Origin: a virus
Length of the DNA: 64,000 nt
IMG/VR virus record: IMGVR_UViG_3300021085_002380
Direction: 5' to 3' (one strand)
In this document: piece by piece, positions 9,232 through 17,956 of the stretch
Position numbering within the stretch: the stretch's first letter is position 1
Layout of the letters: each line of letters opens with the position of its first letter
The notes under the pieces: model-generated
What the model was told of the DNA's origin: nothing
Databases searched by the model: none
The model's input: only the letters and a program-made list of their open reading frames with translations
Translations under genes and position numbers: made by a program

Positions 9232-10488
9232 CTATGCAAAAAAGTCTTCAAGTGTCGCAGCTTTTGTCTTTGTAAACTGTGCTGTATCAGGTCTTGTATA
9301 ATTTGGGTCTGCAGCTTTCATAATGTTATCATTAATGAAGCTACCGTCATAATATTCAGGTTTAAGAATTGCTTTACGCAGTCCTTTTAAAACCGTTTCA
9401 TATTCTGTTGGGTTGTCAATTAGTCGTTGCATATTCGTATAAAATTCTTCAGGCGTTTTTGGCCGTAAGAAATCAGGAATAGGCAAATGACCTTGGTCGT
9501 CATAAGTTGGGTGAAGGAAAGGAATAACACCAGCGTGAATCATTTCAATATATTTTGATGTGGTCCAGCCTTCTTTAATTGGAATAATAAATGTAAACTT
9601 AACGTCTTGTAATTTATCTTGGATTTCATTGATATGCAATGATCCTTTAAACCTTTCATCACTTTCAGCGCGTTCGTCAAGCCACTTACCATATATATCA
9701 ACATTATCGAATTTATCAAGTACCCAGTTCTTGAGTAAGTTATAGCGTGATGGTTTACCTTCATTAAGTACAACCATAAAGTCTGTCTTGCGATCTGTAT
9801 TTACTTCTTCAGTGTATTCATAATCGCCACAAAACGCAGTTTCCATTCCTGCATATTCAGAATGAACAACGCGGACTAGCCTTTCTTGGTTTTCATAATC
9901 AGTAATAGAAAATGTTTCATAATCGTAATCATATTGTCCAAGAGAACGGAAAGGCATATGAAATACGTCACGTGGTTGTTTAATAACATATCTTGGATCG
10001 TTAACAACTTCTATCCAACGCGGCTTACTTTCGTTTAGCCATTTAGTAATAGGAGTTGTATACCATTTAGTCATATCAAGAGTTGCTGCTGGTTTACCGT
10101 CTTGTTGGCTTTCACGTACTTTCCAAATTTTATCTGGGATTGTGACATTACTAATTTGCCCAATCATCATAACAGAAAAATCAAGCTCAATGTTTTTAAA
10201 ATAATTAATGATGTGATTATAATATGCTTCGGACATTGCCAACGGAACGCCTTGCCAACAATCAATTACATTATCATATGGAAACAAATTTAGGCGTTCA
10301 GTATCAGACAGCGCAGCAAAGTCAGAACGACCAATTAGGTAAAAAGTTTTGTCCGGATTATTGTTTGCCATAGCTCGTATGGTACAAGACGCTTCGTTAT
10401 CTCCACCAATTGGAGAGTACTTGTTAGTTTTAAATTTAATAGATTTACCAATTTTTGCGAAACCAATGTTTTTCATAATCACTTCCAT
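9232..10488 (-). CDS. GT-B fold glycosyltransferase, probably DNA-modifying (BGT-like)
   Basis: NDPR, IYGKW and TSKYIEMIHAGVIPF; genomic context; clamp-binding-like C-terminus TLEDFFA. Confidence 0.65.
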   Translation of the reverse strand: MEVIMKNIGFAKIGKSIKFKTNKYSPIGGDNEASCTIRAMANNNPDKTFYLIGRSDFAALSDTERLNLFPYDNVIDCWQGVPLAMSEAYYNHIINYFKNIELDFSVMMIGQISNVTIPDKIWKVRESQQDGKPAATLDMTKWYTTPITKWLNESKPRWIEVVNDPRYVIKQPRDVFHMPFRSLGQYDYDYETFSITDYENQERLVRVVHSEYAGMETAFCGDYEYTEEVNTDRKTDFMVVLNEGKPSRYNLLKNWVLDKFDNVDIYGKWLDERAESDERFKGSLHINEIQDKLQDVKFTFIIPIKEGWTTSKYIEMIHAGVIPFLHPTYDDQGHLPIPDFLRPKTPEEFYTNMQRLIDNPTEYETVLKGLRKAILKPEYYDGSFINDNIMKAADPNYTRPDTAQFTKTKAATLEDFFA

Positions 10489-10844
10489 TCCATCATCTTA
10501 ACAAACTCTTCAGGAGTCATTGCTTTATCATCAATATAATATACACCGTATGGTTTACCCCACACAATTTCATCATAAGGTACTTCGTACTTATCCAACC
10601 AGTCTGTGGTTATTTTTCCGACGTCATTAATAATTTTATTTATGTCACCGTCATGAGTGAGCATTCGCCGCGCGGTATGGAGTACAATGCGATATCCGTT
10701 TTTCTTTGCTTTTTGTAAACTTGCAATCATTGGGCGATTAGGATTTGCCATCCCATACTTAACTTCAGATTCAGATCTGCCGTGCAACGGCGTGCAAATC
10801 GTATCATCAATATCAACTACTAAGGTTTGCGTATTCATTAACAT
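10479..10844 (-). CDS. HAD-family phosphatase (capsule biosynthesis EcbF/BcbF-like)
   Basis: VDIDDTIC, LHTARRM, GKP and YIDDKA. Confidence 0.85.
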   Translation of the reverse strand: MLMNTQTLVVDIDDTICTPLHGRSESEVKYGMANPNRPMIASLQKAKKNGYRIVLHTARRMLTHDGDINKIINDVGKITTDWLDKYEVPYDEIVWGKPYGVYYIDDKAMTPEEFVKMMEWK

Positions 10845-12294
10845 AATCTCTCATTCTTTGTTGGCGTTCTTCACAGTCATAGTGAAGTTTAATGCATGTA
10901 GCAATTAACAGAGCGCCGCCGTCAATAATTTCATTATAATCATCAGGAAAGTACTCTTTGACTAATTCAGAAAAGCATTCCCGTACTGCTGTGGGGTATT
11001 TATGCCCTGTCACCAACTCGTTATATCCATGATATAAATCGTGCGACAACTTACACATATCGTAAAGATAATCACCACCGATACCTCTATGATCGCCATA
11101 GGATCCGCGTGGATCTAATAACGTAAAGGCATCATTATATGGATTATATAGAATATTACCAAAGTGTAAGTCACCGTGCATAGCATCAACAGGACGTGCC
11201 TTTTGTAAACAACGCTCAGCAACATTTTTATAAAACGGATCATCTGTTTCTAAACGCTGTTCAGTTTTATCAATCCACATCTTCTTTGCGTTATCAGGAA
11301 ACGACGCTGTAAATTCAAGTGTTGGTTTGCGATGAAAGTGGTTCCACATTGTAAGTATAACTCTTTCAATCAAATAGCGTATAGTGCTTTTCGATATATC
11401 TTCATGTGCAAATAAATCAGATAGCAAAATGCCTGACTCATAAGACATGGTCAGGGAATAGTCATCTTTCAATACTTTAGGAACAAGCATACTTTGGATT
11501 GGTGATAACGAAGTATACCAATTCTTTTCATCAATAATTGTTTGAGTGGCAAAACTGTTATTTGGTGTTGGTACCTTCGTAATCATATTGAGATCAGGGT
11601 GGTATTCGAACGAATTAAACTCTCTCGCTTTAAACGTCAATAGTGTAGCACAAGTTTTGTGGTATGAAGCAATATCACCAATGTCGTACCATTTTTCCGT
11701 GTTGATATTATCAAATGAAGCGTGTTCTTCATATAACTCCAAAGCATCTGATATGTCATAACCTTTTGAGTAGTGAAAAGCGTGATATGCTTCGTATCCT
11801 CTACTGAAACTGTATAGACCTACAAGAGCTGAAGCTTGGTCAATATTTTCTTTTGGTTTATTAAAGTATTTTTTACCATCCCACATGCACCAAGCAAAGT
11901 GATCTTCAACTTCTTTTGTTAATAAAAAGTCAGTGCCTAAAGGTAATTCTTCTTCAAGAATAATTGCATCTCCTAGCCATACAACTAAAGGATATGTAGG
12001 ATTTTCTAAATTTTTAATACCAACATTAATAGCATCACGAGGACCGTTAAGAGATCCTTGTTTTACACACTTAATGTTATCGTATTTAGATTTTTTAACC
12101 CAGTCACGAATATCGTCATGCTTACCGTCGACTATAACAATTTGGCTTACTTCGACACCGCTTTTATTAATTGACTCAACGATATATTCAATAGTAGGTT
12201 TACCATGTACGCGGATCATTGCCTTTGAGCAATTTGCAGTTAGTGGCTTTAGTCTTGTTGCCTCACCTGCCGCCGGTATTACTACATTTATCAT
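10813..12294 (-). CDS. Sugar nucleotidyltransferase fused to an APH/choline-kinase-like phosphotransferase
   Basis: N-term IPAAGEATRLKPLT..SKAM and WYDIG; C-term HGDLHFGNIL and LDPRG. Confidence 0.85.
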   Translation of the reverse strand: MINVVIPAAGEATRLKPLTANCSKAMIRVHGKPTIEYIVESINKSGVEVSQIVIVDGKHDDIRDWVKKSKYDNIKCVKQGSLNGPRDAINVGIKNLENPTYPLVVWLGDAIILEEELPLGTDFLLTKEVEDHFAWCMWDGKKYFNKPKENIDQASALVGLYSFSRGYEAYHAFHYSKGYDISDALELYEEHASFDNINTEKWYDIGDIASYHKTCATLLTFKAREFNSFEYHPDLNMITKVPTPNNSFATQTIIDEKNWYTSLSPIQSMLVPKVLKDDYSLTMSYESGILLSDLFAHEDISKSTIRYLIERVILTMWNHFHRKPTLEFTASFPDNAKKMWIDKTEQRLETDDPFYKNVAERCLQKARPVDAMHGDLHFGNILYNPYNDAFTLLDPRGSYGDHRGIGGDYLYDMCKLSHDLYHGYNELVTGHKYPTAVRECFSELVKEYFPDDYNEIIDGGALLIATCIKLHYDCEERQQRMRDYVNEYANLSS

Positions 12295-12925
12295 AATTTA
12301 ATCTCCACTCGTCGTATTCATCTTCAAGCAATGCCCAACGCATTTTAGTTAATCCTGGCGGATACTTTTTATTCCAAATAAACCAAGCGTATGCAATCAT
12401 GCCGCCGATCTGATCTTTCTTTTCAATTGGTTCTACGATATTAGAATCAAATCTAACTCGATCTGATAAAAATATTATATCACTAGGAGGGTTAGATGTA
12501 AATAGTTTATTTCGTTTTTTTCCTTCAAGAAATGTTAAACGAAGAAACATAGCTACATATTCATATTCGTCAATCCACTTTTCAGCTAACTTACGTGGTA
12601 AGTCTTTGTGATATGGCGGATTAGTTACTACACCTTGAGCCCATTCATTCTTAGGTAATTCCATTGCATCATAAGAAGTATTTATGCTACATAAAGAATC
12701 GGAATATTCGTTGAGATCATAACTTAAAACATTGTGACCATTCCGTGCAAGCTCGACCGAAATGTTACCACGGCCAGCGCAGGGTTCAAGTAAATTTTGT
12801 GGAGGTTTACCATACTTACATAATATGTATGTAGCAAGTGGTGGTGTTGGATAAAAGTCATTCTTTTTACGATTAGGATCGTTTTTCTTAACGCCAACAT
12901 ATATATCAGTCAGATTATTAGCCAA
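12263..12925 (-). CDS. DNA N6-adenine (amino) methyltransferase
   Basis: DFYPTP, LEPCAGRG, VTNPPY and YAWFIW. Confidence 0.85.
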   Translation of the reverse strand: MANNLTDIYVGVKKNDPNRKKNDFYPTPPLATYILCKYGKPPQNLLEPCAGRGNISVELARNGHNVLSYDLNEYSDSLCSINTSYDAMELPKNEWAQGVVTNPPYHKDLPRKLAEKWIDEYEYVAMFLRLTFLEGKKRNKLFTSNPPSDIIFLSDRVRFDSNIVEPIEKKDQIGGMIAYAWFIWNKKYPPGLTKMRWALLEDEYDEWRLNYDKCSNTGGR

Positions 12926-13427
12926 ACTGCGTTACCAATACACCTGCCTCTTTAAACATAGGCTCCGATTTTTCATTCCACAGGTTAACCCATTTTTCTG
13001 GAGTATTCATTACGAATTTGTTAATAACAATTCTACGAATGCCTGCTTGGATAATAAGCTTAGTACAGTCAGGACACACAGGTAATCCATGAACATACAT
13101 TGTTGCATTTTTTAGAGAAACGCCAGCGTAAAGAGCATTCATCAACGCATTTGTTTCAGCATGAACAATAAGCGGATATTTTTGTTCTCTATCGTTTAGT
13201 CTTTCTTGACTATCTTCAATACCCTTTGGGAAACCGTTATATCCTGTTGCCAAAATACGACGCTCATCGTTAACCGCAACTGCACCAATTTTGCTTGAAG
13301 GATCTTTACTCCAAGTTGAAATGTGGTGAGCCATAACCATAAAGCGATCATCCCATTTCAACTGGCGAATATCTTCTTCTCGGCCGCGCCGCCGCATATA
13401 TGCCTCGTAAGGCTCACGTTCTTCCAT
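12918..13427 (-). CDS. cd: dCMP deaminase
   Basis: WSKDPS, TGYNGFP, HAETNA and CPDC. Confidence 0.95.
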   Translation of the reverse strand: MEEREPYEAYMRRRGREEDIRQLKWDDRFMVMAHHISTWSKDPSSKIGAVAVNDERRILATGYNGFPKGIEDSQERLNDREQKYPLIVHAETNALMNALYAGVSLKNATMYVHGLPVCPDCTKLIIQAGIRRIVINKFVMNTPEKWVNLWNEKSEPMFKEAGVLVTQFG

Positions 13428-13445
13428 AATATAATCTTTCAGTTT

Positions 13446-13727
13446 TTAATCGGTTACTTCTACGACAGATACAACTCTTGTTACTGGTATTCCATCAACA
13501 TGCCATACATTTAATTCCAAATCCCATACGCCAATTCTGTAATCTGCACTTGCTGGAGGGTTAGGTAAACGATGGCGTTTATCCTCTGGAATCAGTTCTG
13601 GTTTTAACGTAACTTCGCACGATCTTGTAGTGCTAGGCGTATCTGCATGAGTTTTTGAACTTTTGTTCCAAGTCACAAGAAATTTACCTTCTTTAAGTTT
13701 AGCTTTTAGTCTCGGTTTTGTCCACAT
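13446..13727 (-). CDS. Small SH3/Sm-like beta-barrel protein (WYL_2-like)
   Basis: TL..ELIP...VWDLE..W pattern. Confidence 0.5.
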   Translation of the reverse strand: MWTKPRLKAKLKEGKFLVTWNKSSKTHADTPSTTRSCEVTLKPELIPEDKRHRLPNPPASADYRIGVWDLELNVWHVDGIPVTRVVSVVEVTD

Positions 13728-13950
13728 TATTGTTTCCTAACATAATAGTTTTGTCCTCCATCTGTTCTTTAAAATCAACAACCCTTTCCTTTTCAATCAT
13801 ATCAATGATTAGTGTTGTGATATCAAGATCCTTTTTGAGGAAGAACATTTTGTTTTGTATTTTTTCAAGTTGCTTCTGGTAATATTCAATTTCTTTTTCT
13901 TTACGAAGCCGCGTCTCAATAATATCAGAAATAAGAATCAGTTTACTCAT
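13699..13950 (-). CDS. Coiled-coil hypothetical protein
   Basis: ORF in operon. Confidence 0.6.
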   Translation of the reverse strand: MSKLILISDIIETRLRKEKEIEYYQKQLEKIQNKMFFLKKDLDITTLIIDMIEKERVVDFKEQMEDKTIMLGNNNVDKTETKS

Positions 13951-13955
13951 GTTAT

Positions 13956-14648
13956 TTATACAACCAAGTCAAAGTGGCGCTCATATACGTGCAAATTCAT
14001 AGCTTGCCATGTAAGCATACCTTTATCAATAGTGAAGTGTTTATTGCCAGGAAGTTTACATTGTTCATTCCATTGAGCAACAAACTTATCCATAAGATAT
14101 TGAGCCCAAGCATAGTCGTTTTTATAGCCAAAGATTGCGTCGTTAGAACGCATTTGTGACACCATCATCAGAATGCCATCGCGGATATAAAACGTTTGTG
14201 CATTAGTGCAAATAAAGTCAGACTTACCACCTTCATCAAACTCAACCCAAATAGATGGACGATTGTAAATCATTTGAGCACGACGGCTATCAGGGTTACT
14301 CCACAGTTCATCAAAAGCATTTTGGAATTGGTTATGATATTTTTTAGAGAATACTAAATGACCATAATTAGAATTAATATTACCATAATCATCAGCAGAG
14401 TATTTCCATGCCGCAGGCGGAGCTTTGATTTTGCCATGAATATCATAGATATTTGTTGATTGCGACTCATACCAAGCAAGCTCAGAGTTAATATAAGCTT
14501 GACTTGGTTCGCCAAAGATTGCAGGTTCTGTTGCAAGAAAGTTTGCGCCTATTAATTCAATAGTCCTTTGGCCTGTCTTATCAATTGTAAATGCTTCATC
14601 TTTGAGTTCACCTTTAAAGAATTCACGGATATCGTGTACACTATCCAT
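13956..14648 (-). CDS. gp42: dCMP hydroxymethylase-like thymidylate synthase homolog
   Basis: ELAWYES, INSNYG, SDFICTN, MRSNDAIFGYKNDYAW (Asp at the cytosine-specificity position), LHVYERHF; closely parallels T4 gp42. Confidence 0.9.
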   Translation of the reverse strand: MDSVHDIREFFKGELKDEAFTIDKTGQRTIELIGANFLATEPAIFGEPSQAYINSELAWYESQSTNIYDIHGKIKAPPAAWKYSADDYGNINSNYGHLVFSKKYHNQFQNAFDELWSNPDSRRAQMIYNRPSIWVEFDEGGKSDFICTNAQTFYIRDGILMMVSQMRSNDAIFGYKNDYAWAQYLMDKFVAQWNEQCKLPGNKHFTIDKGMLTWQAMNLHVYERHFDLVV

Positions 14649-14854
14649 TATGTATTCTCCTTTATAAAATTAACATTTTTAACATCTTGAATAAGTTTAA
14701 TTTCTTCTTCACGAACCCATCCTTCAACGAATTGATTAAGGAGAGATGTGCGAGAAAAGCCTTTACTATTGATTAAATCATCAAAGCGTTCTTTTAAATC
14801 AGTAGGAATATTAAAATTAATGAGTGTATAATCTTTTTTTGTTTTTGACATCAT
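14648..14854 (-). CDS. Ribbon-helix-helix (CopG-like) DNA-binding protein
   Basis: INFNIPTDLKERFD...SRTSLLNQFV. Confidence 0.65.
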   Translation of the reverse strand: MMSKTKKDYTLINFNIPTDLKERFDDLINSKGFSRTSLLNQFVEGWVREEEIKLIQDVKNVNFIKENT

Positions 14855-14896
14855 TCGTCTCCTTTATTAATAAAACGATCGTTAACAAGTCTAGGA

Positions 14897-15451
14897 TCAA
14901 TTCTCATTACGAACTCCATCTAAAAAATTTACAACGGTATCATATGTGTTACCTACTCCACCGTTCTTTGTTATATTTATGCTCAGCTTATGTTTACAAC
15001 TTGACTCGTTAAACGCCGTTGTAAACGCGTTACGACTATATAAGAAATCTTCTTTACTTTGTTCAAGACTTTCGCCATCATCACGAGACATAATACCATC
15101 AGTAGTATCAGTCAACAAAACTAATGCAGCGTTTTTGTACCCACTGAGAAACCTTCGGTCCAATTCATAAATGTCTTTGCCGTCTGCAGCACGGTACTTT
15201 TCGCCATAAACGATTGCGCCGAGATGGAAACGGTCAAAGATAATATCATAATTCATTTGATTTACGAGTCGTTTGGATGCAATGAACAAAGACTCATAAT
15301 GTTCTTTTTCCCAACCATTAGGATCTTCAAAGTCAGGAGGAGAAGATGAATGGTGAGCCATTATGTTTGGATTTTTAAAATATTTTTTACGTAGGTTTTG
15401 CACCAATGTGGATTTACCACAGCGATCCATACCTTCAATGATTAATAGCAT
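14897..15451 (-). CDS. dNMP/thymidylate kinase-like protein
   Basis: IIEGMDRCGKST P-loop; FDRFHL. Confidence 0.85.
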   Translation of the reverse strand: MLLIIEGMDRCGKSTLVQNLRKKYFKNPNIMAHHSSSPPDFEDPNGWEKEHYESLFIASKRLVNQMNYDIIFDRFHLGAIVYGEKYRAADGKDIYELDRRFLSGYKNAALVLLTDTTDGIMSRDDGESLEQSKEDFLYSRNAFTTAFNESSCKHKLSINITKNGGVGNTYDTVVNFLDGVRNEN

Positions 15452-15975
15452 TCTCTTTGGCCTCTCCCTTTAATTTCACGATTAAGTAATGGCTGATAAT
15501 TATTTATAGTTGCAGTTTCAATAAGTTCTGCCATACCTTCAATATCAAACTTATCAGTATTAATATATTTTATCACAATATCTATAGAATGTAAATCATT
15601 TTCTTGTAAAAACTCACGATATTTACGCCCTGAAGACTCGTGTCTTTCATGCGGCGTTGTAAAGCTACGCGCGTGGGAATATTGCCGTTTATGAATACTC
15701 GTTGAAGGTGCGTCTGTTTTACCAACATACATAACCTGATCTCCATGATACCACATGTATACGCCTTTGGCACTATTTGCATCAATAGATCTACCACTCC
15801 TTTTAGGAGGAACAATATGATTAACTTGATAACGATCTTCGTCGTAATATCCGCTACCTAAATCTCTAAGTTCAATAGTACCATAAGTTTCAGCCTCAGA
15901 CCAATAGGAATCAATTTTGTCAAAGACTTCAGTACGAAGTAAAGATGCGAGATTTTTGATAGCAGATTTACACAT
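15442..15975 (-). CDS. GIY-YIG nuclease (EndoII/DenA-like layout)
   Basis: GVYMWY...MYVGKT, conserved R, IE...I..YQPLLN. Confidence 0.75.
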   Translation of the reverse strand: MCKSAIKNLASLLRTEVFDKIDSYWSEAETYGTIELRDLGSGYYDEDRYQVNHIVPPKRSGRSIDANSAKGVYMWYHGDQVMYVGKTDAPSTSIHKRQYSHARSFTTPHERHESSGRKYREFLQENDLHSIDIVIKYINTDKFDIEGMAELIETATINNYQPLLNREIKGRGQRECY

Positions 15976-16133
15976 TATGCGATACCTTTATCACGTAAGT
16001 TGATTTTCTTAGCACCACGATTGTAGGCTCCTGCCTTGCCGCGGAATGTTTTGAAACGTTTCTTTGACGACTCACACTTTGTAATGGAGCCGCCTTCAGA
16101 AACAAACTTTTTCACAAGATCTTTATAATCCAT
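15975..16133 (-). CDS. Small basic protein (52 aa) with a SutA RNAP-binding-like motif
   Basis: Hand-translated MDYKDLVKKFVSEGGSITKC...; TAATG-coupled on both sides. Confidence 0.55.
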   Translation of the reverse strand: MDYKDLVKKFVSEGGSITKCESSKKRFKTFRGKAGAYNRGAKKINLRDKGIA

Positions 16134-16432
16134 TATGAATAATCCCGGATGTAAACGTCATAGTGAGTAGCGTTTTCCCAAGGTGTATCTTTAGCCCACT
16201 GAGACGGACGTGGACCACGAGGACGGATACGAAGTCCTTGTGTTTTTTGTTTACCATAAAAGCTCATCATACCTGTCTGTTTGCGAGCACGTTTAATGAA
16301 ACTGTTGCGTTCAACAAGTATTTCTTTAAGATTTGCAATCTCAGGATCGTCAAGAGATTTACAAGTAAAACGATAGTCTGATGATGAGCGATTTTTGTAA
16401 GTTACATAAGCCATGATATAGTTCCTTTTCAT
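16133..16432 (-). CDS. Hypothetical early protein
   Basis: Directly downstream of an early promoter. Confidence 0.7.
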   Translation of the reverse strand: MKRNYIMAYVTYKNRSSSDYRFTCKSLDDPEIANLKEILVERNSFIKRARKQTGMMSFYGKQKTQGLRIRPRGPRPSQWAKDTPWENATHYDVYIRDYS

Positions 16433-16443
16433 TTGATATAATC

Positions 16444-16472
16444 AATATAACTGATTCTATATGGAATGTCAA
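16444..16472 (-). promoter_or_regulatory. Early promoter with GAATCAG spacer element
   Basis: TTGACA-N17-TATATT; GAATCAG ends 1 nt before the -10. Confidence 0.85.
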
Positions 16473-16475
16473 TAG

Positions 16476-16670
16476 TTATTTCACATATTTTTGTAACCAA
16501 CGACACTTTGGTTGAATTTTAGCAAGATAAGTCCAGCACTCAAAACAGGTACCTTCATAGATTGGTTTATTAGCGTCAAGATCTATGAGGCTAAAATCCT
16601 CAGGGTTTTCCCAAGCAGGAAGTACAAGGTAGTTAGAAAGAAGTTCGGATTTTTTAGTGTATAGTGTCAT
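16476..16670 (-). CDS. Hypothetical early protein
   Basis: AAGGA RBS; promoter upstream. Confidence 0.6.
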   Translation of the reverse strand: MTLYTKKSELLSNYLVLPAWENPEDFSLIDLDANKPIYEGTCFECWTYLAKIQPKCRWLQKYVK

Positions 16671-16696
16671 AGAGTGATTCCTTTTGTTGTAAAATT

Positions 16697-16725
16697 ACTC
16701 TATACTATTTCATAACGAATGTCAA
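16697..16725 (-). promoter_or_regulatory. Early promoter (GAAATAG variant)
   Basis: TTGACA-N17-TAGAGT; spacer nearly identical to 17925-17953. Confidence 0.7.
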
Positions 16726-16973
16726 TCGTTATTTACCCATTCTTTAAAATGATGTGCAAAAGCTTTTGCGTCAAGCAGTTGCTCAAAAAAGAATGTATCT
16801 TCATATACGTCTGTATATTTTCTATGAACCCACTGTTGTCTGAACATTTGAACCTTACAGTAACTTAAAGCATTATGTCGAAGATCACTATGGATTTGAA
16901 CTGAATGCGATCCTTCTCGCATCCAACGCTGTTTGTATTCTGAAATCTCAAGAGGGTTAGTTAGCCTTGTCAT
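16722..16973 (-). CDS. Hypothetical early protein
   Basis: ORF whose stop lies inside the next TTGACA. Confidence 0.65.
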   Translation of the reverse strand: MTRLTNPLEISEYKQRWMREGSHSVQIHSDLRHNALSYCKVQMFRQQWVHRKYTDVYEDTFFFEQLLDAKAFAHHFKEWVNND

Positions 16974-17103
16974 TTATTAAGCATCCTCATACAAGTAAAC
17001 ACTGAGTTTTCGTTTAAACAATCAGACCAAATATGGATTATATACCATCCACATAACACAAGAGCAATTGCAATTGCGGTTCCGTATATTAATCTTTCAG
17101 TCA

Positions 17104-17298
17104 TTACGCAGCTGCTTCCACAGGTTTCATAGTGATCTTAGCAAATTCATTAGTATCATGCAGGCGACGAAAGTAATCCGCCGCTTGCTTATGAGCAAAA
17201 CCGGTTGCGAACTCTTGCAACTGGTATTCGCCATCTTTAAAAGAAAAAGCTTCAATTCTAAAATACTTATTAAGCATAATCATATTCCTTATATTCAA
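17104..17298 (-). CDS. Hypothetical early protein
   Basis: ORF in the early run. Confidence 0.55.
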   Translation of the reverse strand: MNIRNMIMLNKYFRIEAFSFKDGEYQLQEFATGFAHKQAADYFRRLHDTNEFAKITMKPVEAAA

Positions 17299-17671
17299 CG
17301 ATCTTCAAAAGATCTTCAACTAACTGCTTACCGTACTTGGTAAACAGAATTCCTTGTTCCCACACAAAATGCTCAACACATTGAGAATGGTAAAAGGTTT
17401 CAGAACCAGTAATCCAGCTGAGTGCTGTTTTACGGTCGTTAGCGCCAAGACCAATTACGTCTTGAACTCGAGCTTCAAACTTGGCGACGTCTTGCTCTTC
17501 CTGAGCTTTGGTTTCAGCCATTTGAATTTCAAGTGCGCGGCAATATTCATCCCACGTCTTTTGCTTTTCAGCAGGAGAACAATTGTTCCAATCATCCCAC
17601 CATGCGCCACGAGGACGGTAGCCATAAACATCTTTATGGAGATCCGAGATACAATCGTCTGAGTAAGTCAT
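17270..17671 (-). CDS. Hypothetical early protein
   Basis: Start MTYSDD after AAGGA; ISDLHKDVYGYRPRG motif. Confidence 0.7.
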   Translation of the reverse strand: MTYSDDCISDLHKDVYGYRPRGAWWDDWNNCSPAEKQKTWDEYCRALEIQMAETKAQEEQDVAKFEARVQDVIGLGANDRKTALSWITGSETFYHSQCVEHFVWEQGILFTKYGKQLVEDLLKIVEYKEYDYA

Positions 17672-17696
17672 TTTAGTTTCCTTTGTTGATGATTCT

Positions 17697-17725
17697 AATA
17701 TAACTGATTCTAAACGAAATGTCAA
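17697..17725 (-). promoter_or_regulatory. Early promoter with GAATCAG
   Basis: TTGACA-N17-TATATT. Confidence 0.85.
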
Positions 17726-17898
17726 TAGTTAATATCTCTTTGGAAGATAATTTCTTCAATTTCTTCTAGAGTCTCTCGGCATGTAGCTAAGATAGGAGAT
17801 TCTGATGCAAGGATAAGTCTCTTAGCTGCAAAGATTTGATCGTAACGGTCTAGACCTTGAGGAATTTGGTCTGCGATTATCTGAGTGAAGAGTTTCAT
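17722..17898 (-). CDS. Hypothetical early protein (58 aa)
   Basis: Hand-translated MKLFTQIIADQ...RDINY; AAGGA RBS. Confidence 0.55.
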   Translation of the reverse strand: MKLFTQIIADQIPQGLDRYDQIFAAKRLILASESPILATCRETLEEIEEIIFQRDINY

Positions 17899-17924
17899 CT
17901 GTTATCCTTTCTGTTTATAGAATC

Positions 17925-17953
17925 AGTATAAACTATTTCATAATGAATGTCAA
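17925..17953 (-). promoter_or_regulatory. Early promoter (GAAATAG variant)
   Basis: TTGACA-N17-TATACT. Confidence 0.75.
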
Positions 17954-17956
17954 TGG

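Noticed and set aside
13953-13960. TATAAATA late box
   Set aside because: Only 2 nt from the next ATG and overlapping a stop codon; may be chance in AT-rich DNA
13956-14648. Ordinary thymidylate synthase
   Set aside because: It has gp42-type DFICTN and ND(Y) motifs rather than ThyA PCH and Asn
15442-15975. Mobile homing endonuclease or intron
   Set aside because: No interrupted gene, intron structure or DNA-binding tail
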